DNA of 35,683 nucleotides from Eledone cirrhosa (GCA_964016885.1 CAXHJY010001357.1:1-35683), one strand, 5' to 3'; shown: positions 1-13,907, numbered from the stretch's first letter. Made by a program: numbers and translations. The notes: a model not told the origin generated them from the sequence alone.

Positions 1-303
1 GTATATATATATATGTATATATGTATATATATATATACGTATATATGTATATATGTATATATATATATCTATATATATGTATATATATATATCTATATAT
101 ATGTATATATATATATCTATATATATGTATATATATATATCTATATATATGTATATATATATATCTATATATATGTATATATATATATCTATATATATGT
201 ATATATGTATATCTATATATATATGTATATATGTATATATATATATATGTATATATATATCTATATATATATGTATATATATATTTGTATATATGTATAT
301 ACG

Positions 304-337
<34 letters not shown>

Positions 338-400
338 TGTATATATATATCTATATATATATGTATATATGTATATACGTATATATATATATATGTATAT
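1..400. repeat. (TA)n-based compound microsatellite
   Basis: TA runs interrupted regularly by G and C (TATC/TATG). Confidence 0.97.
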
Positions 401-581
401 TGTAGGAGGTGAGTTTTATTGTAGTACAATAAAGCAATGCAGATATCGGATAAGAAGCACTCTACAGTTTGTGGGACTGGAGTATGCATAATATAAGATC
501 AAAAGATGGTTAAAGGAGTTCCATATATTTTATTAATAAAATATATGGAACTCCTTTAACCATCTTTTGATCTTATATTAT
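401..581. mobile_element. Foldback insert A: ~87-bp tail plus perfect 94-bp palindrome, flanked by (TA)n
   Basis: 488-581 is a perfect palindrome centred on TTAA (533-536). 401-487 is single-copy. (TA)n lies on both sides. Mobile origin is inferred. Confidence 0.7.
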
Positions 582-841
<260 letters not shown>

Positions 842-1383
842 AAAAGAAATAGGATTTCGCTTGAAGCATAGCTTGATACAATATGTATAAATATTTCGTA
901 TCTCCAAAGAAATACGGTTTTAGGAAGCCGTATCTCTGCAAACACCGGTGTTTGTTTAAAAGTGTAATAGATTCCTAAAAGAGAGTTATTTCTAGATAGT
1001 TAACTTTTGCTGTTCTCCACCGTCATTTTACAGTTGGAGTCTAAATAATGTTTAATGTTTGATTTAGTACAGACAATTTATCCAATAAAAACTATCAGTG
1101 AAATATTTAATTATGGAAGACTTGAAAATATGAAAATAGATCAAATGAACGCAAGCGAAACTAAGCAAATAAATTTATAAATGGACAAGTTAGAGATCAC
1201 AACTCCGATGTTACGGACATGTGTTTCGAATATTTCTGGAAAGAATCGATATGGGGTTCATTCGAAGGGTCTTGGGAGTAATCCTACTCGGTAATGTGCC
1301 TAGCTAGGTATCAGTGAGTTGCTGAGGGTAGAGCCGCTACATGTGTATATATATATGTGTGAGTGTATATATATATATATATA

Positions 1384-1614
1384 ATGTATAATAAACGATA
1401 CAATATAATTACCTCATTACCAGAGGTTTCCCGAATAAGGCGAATACGAAAGAAACGTCCTCATTCGTTTATTTCGTATTCGTCTTATTCAGGAAACCTC
1501 TGGTAATGAGGTAATTATATTGTATTGTTTATTATACATAACATTTTGCTCTGGTACTTACATAGAGCACTCTTCACTCCTATGACTTTTTCAATTCCAA
1601 CGGAAACTTCAATA

Positions 1615-1616
<2 letters not shown>
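1384..1616 (+). mobile_element. Foldback insert B: 68-bp-arm hairpin plus ~77-bp tail, flanked by (TA)n
   Basis: Arms 1384-1451 and 1472-1539 are reverse complements with few mismatches. The loop contains GAAACGTC (1452-1459). Tail 1540-1616. (TA)n on both sides. Confidence 0.7.
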
Positions 1617-1665
<49 letters not shown>

Positions 1666-1728
1666 GCCGTCTAACCCATGCTAGCGTGGAAAATGGACGT
1701 TAAACGAAGATGATGATGATAATGATAT
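1666..1728 (+). mobile_element. 3' tail of a retroposon (SINE/RTE-type) ending in (GAT)n
   Basis: CCCATGCTAGCGTGGAAAATGGACGTTAAACG followed by (GAT)n. Resembles, from recall, a common cephalopod retroposon 3' end. Confidence 0.5.
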
Positions 1729-1853
1729 ATATATTAAGAATACATTGATTGCCAAATATATTAACTATGGAGATATAAAAGATACAAGAGAGAAAACCAA
1801 TCCAAACGAAGCAGTGAGTGTCTTCTATTATTATTTCTGCCAATATTAGAACA

Positions 1854-1950
1854 ATATGACCTACCCCAAATATAATATAGCCGTTTTGATGACTATTTCT
1901 GGACTGAAATAGCTGTCGAAACGGCTTGAGCTCTGCCGTCGGGGTCATAC
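1854..1950 (+). ncRNA. Degenerate type I hammerhead-ribozyme-like motif
   Basis: tTGATGA (1886-1892), stem II CTATTTC/GAAATAG, GAA (1918-1920), stem III ACGGC/GCCGT, then C1940 (GUC site). Core C3 is T, a CTGTC extra sits before GAA, and stem I is displaced. Confidence 0.5.
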
Positions 1951-2049
1951 TGTTTCCTATATCCACTCTACTACACTAAGTATTGAGTACTTTGGTGCGT
2001 TATGGTCCATCTGGTTCCTTACCACAACTCCTTCGTTATATATATATAT

Positions 2050-2158
2050 AAATCCCGCCGAGGTTAACTTTGCCTTTCATCCTTACGGGGTCGATAAAAT
2101 AAAGTACCAGTAATGTACTGGTTAATTTCTGGCCTTGTGCCTAATGTAGAAACAGTTA
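2050..2158 (+). mobile_element. tRNA-derived SINE, 5'-truncated at the B box
   Basis: AAATCCCGCCGAGGTTAACTTTGCCTTTCATCCTTACGGGGTCGATAAAATAAAGTACCAG...GGCCTTGTGCC, matching the other copies in the window. Confidence 0.9.
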
Positions 2159-2277
2159 TATGTATATATATATAGTCGTGTCATATAGATGGAGGTGAGG
2201 TTACTCAATACCGAAGTACAGTACAAATTATTGTACTCTTTATTGTGTATATAAGCCTGTTTACTCTTGTGTTTGCT

Positions 2278-4116
2278 CCTTCGACTCACCATTTCACCAA
2301 AGAAGCCAGGAGTGTAGTTTTGATAATGCTGTGAGTACACACGTAACTTCGACTCACGATCTCAGCAAAGAAGCCAGGAGTGTAGTTCTTATAATGTTGT
2401 GAGTACACAGGTAACTTCGACTCACCATCTCATCAAAGAAGCCAGGAGTGTAGTTTTGATAATGCTGTGAGTACACACGTAACTTCGACTCACCATCTCA
2501 CCAAAGAAGCCTGGAGTGTAGTTCTTATAATGTTGTGAGTACACAGGTAACTTCGACTCACCATCTCATCAAAGAAGCCAGGAGTGTAGTTTTGATAATG
2601 CTGTGAGTACACACGTAACTTCGACTCACCATCTCACCAAAGAAGCCTGGAGTGTAGTTCTTATAATGTTCTGAGTACACAGGTAACTTCGACTCACCAT
2701 CTCATCAAAGAAGCCAGGAGTGTAGTTCTTATAATGTTGTGAGTACACAGGTAACTTCGACTAACCATCTCATCAAAGAAGCCAGGAGTGTAGTCCTGAT
2801 AATGTTGTGAGTATACAGGTAACTTCGACTAACCGTCTCATCAAAGAAGCCTGGAGTGTAGTTCTGATAATGCTGTGAGTACACAGGTAACTTCGACTCA
2901 CCATCTCATCAAAGAAGCCAGGAGTGTAGTCCTGATAATGCTGTGAGTACACAGGTAACTTCGACTCACCATCTCATCAAAGAAGCCATGTGTGTAGTCC
3001 TGATAATGCTGTGAGTACACAGGTAACTTCGACTCACCATCTCATCAAAGAAGCCAGGAGTGTAGTTCTGATAGTGTTGTGAGTACACAGGTAACTTCGA
3101 CTCACCATCTCATCAAAGAAGCCTGGAGTGTAGTTCTTATAATGCTGTGAGTACACAGGTAACTTCGACTCACCATCTCATCAAAGAAGCCAGGAGTGTA
3201 GTTCTGATAATGCTGTGAGTACACAGGTAACTTCGACTCACCATCTCATCAAAGAAGCAAGGAGTGTAGTCCTGATAATGCTGTGAGTACACAGGTAACT
3301 TCGACTCACCGTCTCATCAAAGAAGCCTGGAGTGTAGTTCTTATAATGTTGTGAGTACACAGGTAACTTCGACTCACCATCTCATCAAAGAAGCCAGGAG
3401 TGTAGTCCTGATAATGCTGTGAGTACACAGGTAACTTCGACTCACCATCTCATCAAAGAAGCCAGGAGTGTAGTCCTGATAATGCTGTGAGTACACAGGT
3501 AACTTCGACTCACCATCTCATCAAAGAAGCCAGGTGTGTAGTTCTGATAGTGTTGTGAGTACACAGGTAACTTCGACTCACCATCTCATCAAAGAAGCCA
3601 GGAGTGTAGTCCTGATAATGCTGTGAGTACACAGGTAACTTCGACTCACCATCTCATCAAAGAAGCCAGGAGTGTAGTTCTGATAATGCTGTCAGTACAC
3701 AGATAACTTCGACTCACCATCTCATCAAAGAAGCCAGGAGTGTAGTCCTGATAATGCTGTGAGTACACAGGTAACTTCGACTCACCATCTCATCAAAGAA
3801 GCCAGGAGTGTAGTCCTGATAATGCTGTGAGTACACAGGTAACTTCGACTCACCATCTCATCAAAGAAGCCTGGGGTGTAGTCCTGATAGTGCTGTGAGT
3901 GCACAGGTAACTTCGACTCACCATCTCATCAAAGAAGCCAGGAGTGTAGTCCTGATAATGCTGTGAGTACACAGGTAACTTCGACTCACCATCTCATTAA
4001 AAAAGCCAGGAGTGTAGTTCTTATAATGCTGTGAGTACACAGGTAACTTCGACTCACCATCTCATCAAAGAAGCCATGAGTGTAGTTTTGATAATGTTGT
4101 GAGTACACAGGTAAAA
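2278..4116. repeat. 68-bp minisatellite, 27 copies
   Basis: TCGACTCAC recurs at 2281, 2349, 2417 and on to 4049 (exact 68 period). Unit AACTTCGACTCACCATCTCATCAAAGAAGCCAGGAGTGTAGTCCTGATAATGCTGTGAGTACACAGGT. Confidence 0.97.
4058..4116 (-). CDS. Candidate 59-nt coding exon (xLPVYSQHYQNYTHGFFDEM), product unknown
   Basis: Minus strand reads ctactctccag|TTTTACCTG...GAGATG|gtgagt: a plausible acceptor, a consensus donor and an open frame. No homology recognised. Confidence 0.35.
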
Positions 4117-4414
4117 CTGGAGAGTAGCATACCTCATCAAATAGCCATGGAGAGATACAGAGTGAGTCTGAGTGAGTGACTCGAGTAAAGATTGGGTTTT
4201 GTCATCCACATGCAATGGCGAACTGAAATGGAAATGATAGTTGAAGATGAAAGTCAATGCTTGAAGACATAATTATATTGTATTCTGACCGGTTTAATTG
4301 TCTCTTTAGGGGTTTTCCATGTATCATATAGAAAATACTAGAGTTGAAAGGGAGAAAAATGGAGGGGGGTATCAATTGGTATATTACAAATTTCACATCA
4401 ATTTACTGAAGTAG

Positions 4415-6645
<2,231 letters not shown>

Positions 6646-6659
6646 TTAATATAGTTGGC

Positions 6660-7030
6660 ATTATAGAGATCCATGCTATCAAATGGGTGGGCTGGAGAGA
6701 GGTCACTAGGGTTAGCAGTCGGCTGGTGGAAACTCAGGTTATGGAGAATCATATCACGGTCTGAATGAAGGGTTTTTATCCACTGTAATATTACGCATAG
6801 TGTTAGAGTCGTTACTAAACACGAGGTTCAAAATGTTTTTTTCTGATTTCTTGTTGGTGCAAGGACAATTTGGGACAAGACAAACTCATTCATAAAGTCG
6901 AGAAGTGACTCTACTGCTTCTTTGACAGTAGTTGAGGTTGGAGTGCCTGGTTTCAAACTGTTTGTAGAACAATCAACACAGGGTCGATTAGAGTATCCCT
7001 TCATTAGTATGTTACCAGAATGGCACTGTT
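6660..7030 (-). mobile_element. Decayed LINE APE endonuclease fragment (CR1/L2/Jockey-like)
   Basis: Minus translation GNILMKGYSNRPCVDC (cf. ILMGDFNxPxIDW), LLDFMNEFVLSQIVLAPTR, then frameshifted NILNLVFSN and HSDRDMI (cf. LDLVF, SDH). Confidence 0.75.
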
Positions 7031-7043
7031 GTATAAAGCAATT

Positions 7044-7154
7044 AATTGTTTCTACTTTTTGGCACAAGGCCAGCAAATAACCAGTACATTACTGGTACTT
7101 TATTTTATCGACCCCGTAAGGATGAATGGCAAAGTTAACCTCGGCGGGATTTGA
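7044..7154 (-). mobile_element. SINE, 5'-truncated, with TSD
   Basis: Same family. ATAAAGCAATT is repeated at 7033-7043 and 7154-7164. Confidence 0.9.
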
Positions 7155-7177
7155 TAAAGCAATTGTATAAAGTAATT

Positions 7178-7365
7178 AATTGTTTCTACTTTAGGCACAA
7201 GGCCAGCAATTTTACAGTACATTACTGGTACTTTATTTTATCGACCCCGTAAGGATGAAAGGCAAAGTCAACCTCGTCGGGATTTGAACTCAGATCGTAA
7301 AGGGACGTAACTCTATGCTGGAAAGCATGGCGTCCGACCCTCTACCGATACTGCCAATCCACTGC
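7178..7365 (-). mobile_element. SINE, near full length (short-tail subtype)
   Basis: Minus strand has A-box-like TGGCAGTATCGG, B box GAGTTCAAATCC, the conserved body and the tail. Confidence 0.92.
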
Positions 7366-7606
7366 AATAATAATAATAATAAATATTGTTTCTACAATAG
7401 GCACAAGGCCAGCAATTTTAAGAGTGGAGAAAGTCGATTAAATCGACCCCAGTGCATTACTGGTGCTTCATTTTATCGACCCCGTCGGGATGATAGACAA
7501 AGCTAACCTCGACGGGATTTGAACTCAGAACGTAAAGAGACTTAACTAAATGATTTACCGGAAGTCCTTTATCAGATGCTCTAACGAATTTGTCAATCTA
7601 CAGCCC
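7366..7606 (-). mobile_element. SINE, older diverged long-tail subtype
   Basis: (AAT)n tail, extra GTCGATTAAATCGAC hairpin segment, B box, and a diverged head ending at ...TCAATCTACAGCCC. Confidence 0.85.
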
Positions 7607-7862
7607 TAACAACAACAACAACAACAACTACAACAGCCTAACAACAACAACTACAACTACAGCCCTAAAACCAACAGCTATTACAACTACTACAAAAACC
7701 CTAACAACAACAACTACTACTACAACAGCCCTAACAACTACAGCCCTAACAACAGCTACAACTACAACCCTAACAACAACAACTACTACTACTACAACAG
7801 CCCTAACAACTACTACTACTACTACACACCTAACAACAACAACTACTACTACAACAGCCTTA

Positions 7863-7903
<41 letters not shown>

Positions 7904-8177
7904 AACCGCCCTAACAACTACTACTACTACACACCTAACAACAACAACTACTACAACTACACACCTAACAACAACAACTACTACTACAACAGCCTTAACT
8001 ACTACTACTACTACTACAACAACACTAACAACTACTACTACAACCGCCCTAACAACTACTACTACTACACACCTAACAACAACAACTACTACAACTACAA
8101 CAGCTCTAACAACTACTACTACAACAGCCCTAACTACTACTACTACAACAACTACTACTACTACAACAGCCCTAACA

Positions 8178-8215
<38 letters not shown>

Positions 8216-8500
8216 AGTCCTAACAACTACTACTACTACTACTACATCCCTAACAACAACAACAACAACAGCCCTAACAACTACTCCTACTACAACAACA
8301 ACTACTACTACTACTACTACAGCCCTAACAACTACTACAACTACTACTACTACTACAGTCCTAACAACAACTACTACTACACCCCTAACAACAACAACAA
8401 CAACTACAACAGCCCTAACAACTACTACTACTACTACTACAACAGCCCTAACAATAACAACAACAACAAGAGCCCTAAGAACAATAACAAAAACAACATC
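7600..8500. repeat. ACAGCCCTA + (ACA/ACT)n minisatellite
   Basis: Recurrent ACAGCCCTAACAAC anchors separated by variable trinucleotide runs. Confidence 0.93.
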
Positions 8501-9006
8501 AATAAAAATGTCATCATCTGAGAATACTAAGTCATAATTGTAATAGACATGACTCTGTTAAATAAATGAGTTGAATAAAAGCAACTAATGATTACAACTG
8601 CTATGGACAGGCCATCCATCATCCCCTTGTGAAATAATCTGAAGCTATAGCAGAAGAGAGTTATCAAACAGCTGGTGAACCTACTGGAAACTTTATATTG
8701 ATCCAGCTGTTATAGGCTAATGTTGACCATACACATATAGAGCCGGCAACTTTCTCCCAGATCAGGAACATTTATTAACACTTTTCGAACAAAACCACTT
8801 CAAGCTGCTCTGCTCTCTACCAATACATCTATGTTTATTTTAAATGAGTTTTATTCGTTTATTTGTTTAATCGTTTTAAACGTCCGCATAGAGCTTGTAA
8901 ACCATGACATACTAGTACGTCTAACAGTTGAGAACACCCCCCCCCCAAAAAAAAAAACAAAAAAAAAAACAAGATAAGTGAATATAGAAATAAAACGAAA
9001 ACTAAA

Positions 9007-9132
9007 AATAATAATTGTTTCTACTTTTGGCACAAGGCTAGCAATTACCCCCAGTGTATTACTGGTACTTTATTTTATCGACCCCGTAAGGATGAAAAGC
9101 AAAGTTAACCTCGGCGGGATTCGAACTCAGAA
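9007..9132 (-). mobile_element. SINE, 5'-truncated
   Basis: Same family; ends just past the B box (GGGATTCGAACTCAGAA). Confidence 0.9.
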
Positions 9133-9183
9133 TGGCGAATCCCTGAATAATGAAAGTTCTTTTGTAGGATATTGCTTTCTAAA

Positions 9184-9337
9184 AATAATAATTGTTTCTA
9201 CTTTAGGCACAAGGCCAGCAATTAGCCAGTTCATTACTGGTACTTTATTTTATCAACCTCGTAAGGATGAAAGGCAAAGTTAACCTCGGCGGGATTTGAA
9301 CTCAGATCGTAAAGGGACGTAACTATGCTGGAAAGCA
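9184..9337 (-). mobile_element. SINE, lacking the A-box end
   Basis: Same family, through ...AACTATGCTGGAAAGCA. Confidence 0.9.
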
Positions 9338-9469
9338 GGATAATAATATACGCAGATACTTCATAACACTACGATGCCAAATTTTGTCCATTTTCACAAG
9401 AAGTCGCTACTAGTTACATTTGAAGTCTTCTTTGAGCAGTCAGATATCAGTTTACCTGAAAATAAGACC

Positions 9470-9505
<36 letters not shown>

Positions 9506-9506
<1 letters not shown>

Positions 9507-9917
9507 AAGATCGGAATTAAGAGTATTCCGCAGTTCACTGTAATAATAATAATAGAGTTAGCTCAAGGAAGGATAGAGAATTTCCTTCTGAGCTCAAATG
9601 CAATTATTTATTACACAAAGAGAAGTGTGTTACACGGTGAGATGTGTGTAAAGAATTATTACGAGTGGTTTTACCGTTACTGTATAGGGAACAACATCTA
9701 CAGGTTAGCAATTAAATAGAAAAAAAAAACAATTCAGAATCAAATCTCTGGATTACAGTTTTAAATCACAAACCTTCCAGAGATTTGATTCTGAATTGTT
9801 TTTTTTCTATTTAATTGCTAACCTGTAGATGTTGTTCCCTATACAGTAACGGTAAAACCACTCGTAATAATTCTTTACACACATCTCACCGTGTAACACA
9901 CTTCTCTTTGTGTAATA
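9506..9917. mobile_element. Foldback insert C: ~103-bp tail plus ~143-bp-arm hairpin, flanked by (TA)n
   Basis: Arms 9609-9752 and 9776-9917 are near-perfect reverse complements (the A-run length differs). 23-nt loop. Tail 9506-9608. Confidence 0.75.
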
Positions 9918-10357
<440 letters not shown>

Positions 10358-10895
10358 GTTTAGAAAACATAAGAGAAACACAAACATAAGGACAATTCCA
10401 ACACTTCGGCTGTCTGCTGTGGGTCGCTGATGTTTCGACGCATTAAAGACTACATCTCACCGCAGTGCGTTAATAACTACGAGGGTTAGTTATTAGGGAA
10501 GAAAACAAAACAACAAAAAACAGAGACGATAGCGAAGAGAACGACAGAAAAAGAAAATAAACAGAAGGAAAAACTTAGCGATAGAAAGGAGGAGACACGT
10601 GACAGTCGTACATGTAAGTTGCAATAACCAATGTATGTATATATATATATATATAATGTATTCATTTATTGGTCATATGGGCCGACATATAGGGGACAGT
10701 CGAGGAGGGAGGGGGGGACAATAAAATTGAGTAAAATACACATTAACAAAAATAATTAAGGAAGAAAGTTTATACAACTACATAAAAATATATAAAAACA
10801 TAACAAAAATTCCCGAATAAGGGGTGGACCACCCAGGGTGACTCAGCTACCCAAATTATCCTTAACCACCCGATGCATCATTTCTCTCTCCATCC

Positions 10896-12935
10896 TCACC
10901 TTCTTTCCAAATGAAACTTGAAAAAGCTGATGAGGATTTGGCCGAAGAGAAAAGTGTCTTTCGCTACCGCCACCACGTAGAGGAGGATTGCTTGCCCTTC
11001 CCCATCAGAAGAAGGCGGCGGGGCAATCTTCAGTATGGACTCTGTCGATAGCCGTATCCGTTCTACACGCGACAATAGTTGTTCGACATAACTCCACAAG
11101 CCAGTAATGCACGGACACCAGACGAGTGTGTGCAGAACGCTGAGGACGGGACCGAAGCAAGTTGCCTTGGGGACAGCCTCTAGTTATCGATGGTTGACCC
11201 TATCGAAAGCTTTCGATTGATCTAAACTGATTAGAGCTCCACCGAAGCCAGATTTACACCCTCCACTCTCTGAGGTATTGCATGGGGTGGAGTTTGTGGT
11301 ATATGGATCTGGTTCGGAATGCCCAAGTTTGCGTCTCCCCAACCAAATCCTCGCCGACAAGCGCCATCCGCTTCGGTAACACCTTGGCCAAACTAGTAAA
11401 CTTTGTGCTTAGCAGAGTTGTGCGCCTGAAGTTGTCTAATGTATCCCTCTTGTTCTCGTGTTTCCTTATCAACATCACTACACCCCAGCTCACTGAACTG
11501 GGAATACTCCCGTCCAGCTGACAGTTGCTGTAGAGCGCTTTGAGAAGATTGGAGGACGTGTCTGATATATTTACATAAAGCTCGTAGGGCAGACCATCCA
11601 AATCGGGTGTGTCTCGTGCAGCTGACTAGAGCATCCTGAAACTCGGCTGAAGTTGTCGGCCTTTCGCAGCGCTCAACGTCGGGTGTCGAGAGACGTAGGA
11701 AGCCATCGAGATAGAGACGGAAATCCACTACCGTCTCTGGTCCCCAGCTCGCCCCGAATATCAGAGCAAAGTGTTCTCGAAAGGCCTCACGCATATGCCT
11801 GGAATCATTCAGCTCGCGATCGTATTGGTCCATCAAAGAACGAATTGGGGTTTTGTTACCACGCTGAGCCGCTGTCATTGGGGCCCATCGAACAGCTTTG
11901 GTTCCCTCGTTTCTCAGCTCTGACAATGGAACATTCATGTTTCGCATTGAAGAAATGGTTTAATGTCATTTTTATCGCTCGCACGTCAGCTGCAATGCCA
12001 CTACAAATAGCCTCGTCTAACTTACCAGACCCCCCCCCCCTCCTTTCTATTTTTCTCTAACGCTACTTCTTTGCTGAAACCTATCGAAATAACTCTAATC
12101 TCTCTTTTGAGACCCCCACCACCTGTTGTTGACGACACTCTTCCTGTCAACCTATGCTTAATTAAATTGTTGACCCGGTCCCTGTAAGCCTCACGTACCG
12201 GAAACGATATTTTTAGCTTCAAGTAACCAGGCCCTATCCTACGTCTCTTATCTTGGTCGACCATACACATCACAAACTTGTGATCTGAATAGGCGACCGT
12301 TTGAAAGTGTGGACAATCTATACTATTCTTATGTATTGACCTAATGAAAACCTATCTATATACGATCTAGATGACCCTATGCCGTTGGTCCAGGTCCACA
12401 CTGGCGCATTAGGGAAATCTAGTCGGTACCTGTCAGACAGTTGGTACTGGCTGATCAGGTACTTGAGGCTTTAGCAACACCCGCTCCTATCAACTTCTTC
12501 CACACAATCCCAGCGCCACCTAAGATGCCGTTCCAAGTACCCCGCTAACAGTAAAAGGTGAGACGTTCCCAGAAAGGTTTCCAGGTAGCTAAAGAGATCC
12601 GGCCGCCCGGCCCCTGTCGGGGGGTAGACGGCCACCAGTCTAAAGTTACCACCTTCGCTTTTGTTCCCGTCCATGACCCCCAACTTACCGTCCGGGTCCC
12701 GATCGATCTCACTTCGAGATTCCGGCCTTTCATAAACAACACTGCCACGCCACCTCCCATTCCCGGTCTACTAACAGATGAGAATATCTGATAGTCGTTG
12801 AAAATGGAGCTAGTGCCGCGTGTCCGAAATCCTGGTGTCGCTGACAGCAATCACACTCACATTTAGCGACCTGAGGTCGTTGACCAGTTGATCCTGCTTC
12901 CAGGATGACCCTAGGCCACGAACATCTAAACATTC
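10896..12935 (-). pseudogene. LINE ORF2 remnant with frameshifts, stops and an internal deletion
   Basis: Endonuclease and RT motifs are spread over several frames. There is a stop after AFDRVNHR. No QG or YADD region. Confidence 0.88.
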
Positions 12936-13136
12936 TTTTCTTAGGATGGCCATCCTTGAAGTCTAACGGAGAGAGACAGCAAAGGTTTTTTACTTCCCGG
13001 GGTCTTATGGAGGTCGGGTGGTCGGACCACCATTTTTGGGGGGATTTCCTTCGGGAACCACTTTAACAGTCTTTAAGTGGGTTTCATATTCGGAGTTCAC
13101 ACGCCCCGAGGAAAGCTCTTCCTAATTTCTTTGTTT

Positions 13137-13907
13137 TCACCGAGCGACATGGTTAAGTCCTCGTGTATGTAAAATATGGTGATGGAGAATATTTCTTTTT
13201 CTATGTCCTGCCTTCGTGCTATCAGGGCCATCAAATCGTTGTTGGCCCTTCTTAATAACAAGAAGTTGTCTGCATTGTTTTGTTGTGTTGTTTGGGTTCG
13301 GGCGATTCTGATCTTGGTGGTCGTGGTGGCATTGGTGTTGTCGTGAGAATGTTTGTTGTGAGTGTGGTGTCTGCGGTTTCATTGTTTGTGGGTGGGCGAT
13401 ATTTGTGGTTTTCTTTTCCTTGTGTTTTCGTTTTTTGTTTCTTTGTCGTTTTGGTTGTTCGTCGCCTTCGCTACAGGAAAATGATATGTCTGTGTGTCCG
13501 TGTGTCCGTGTGTCCGTGTGTGTGTGTTTACGTTTGTGCCAATGTGTGCATTTTGGGAGGAGGGGGAAGGGAAAGCTTTTCTCGTTTTCTCCCTGGATTG
13601 GTTTTTGGGGGTTTGTGTTGGTGTTGGTGGGGGTTCGAGTGACGTTGCTGCTGTAGCTCCTGTCGGTGATGGTGAGGGTTTTCATTCTGGCACTGGCATT
13701 TGGAGCAACGGGGGCTTGCGAAAGCCTGCATTTTTTTAGCTGAGGGCAGAAGGCTCGCAGATGTGTTGCTTGCCTGCAGATGAGGCAGTGGGGCCTTCTG
13801 CCCTCAGTGATTAATTGTATTGTGGACCTGCCCCCGAAGCACACATGGTCCGGGGTGTTGTTTGTGCTTGTCCTGGTTTGATTTTGGAGAAGAAACTTCA
13901 AATTCAT
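13137..13907 (-). pseudogene. LINE ORF1 C-terminal part with CCHC zinc knuckle
   Basis: Cx2Cx4Hx4C at about 13745-13790, followed by a low-complexity basic tail. The N-terminus is replaced by a minisatellite. Confidence 0.8.

Noticed and set aside
1205-1275. Minus-strand GAAACACATGTC hammerhead half
   Set aside because: No CUGANGA or stem I is identifiable upstream.
2278-4116. CRISPR-like regular array
   Set aside because: No unique spacers; the whole unit repeats, no cas genes are present, and the context is eukaryotic.
7590-8537. 315-aa Thr-rich mucin-like ORF
   Set aside because: It coincides with the (ACA/ACT)n array, starts at a TTG inside a SINE, and has no signal peptide or other domain.
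10400-10480. GTTTCG-containing segment between (TA)n tracts as another ribozyme
   Set aside because: The core is too degenerate to support the call.
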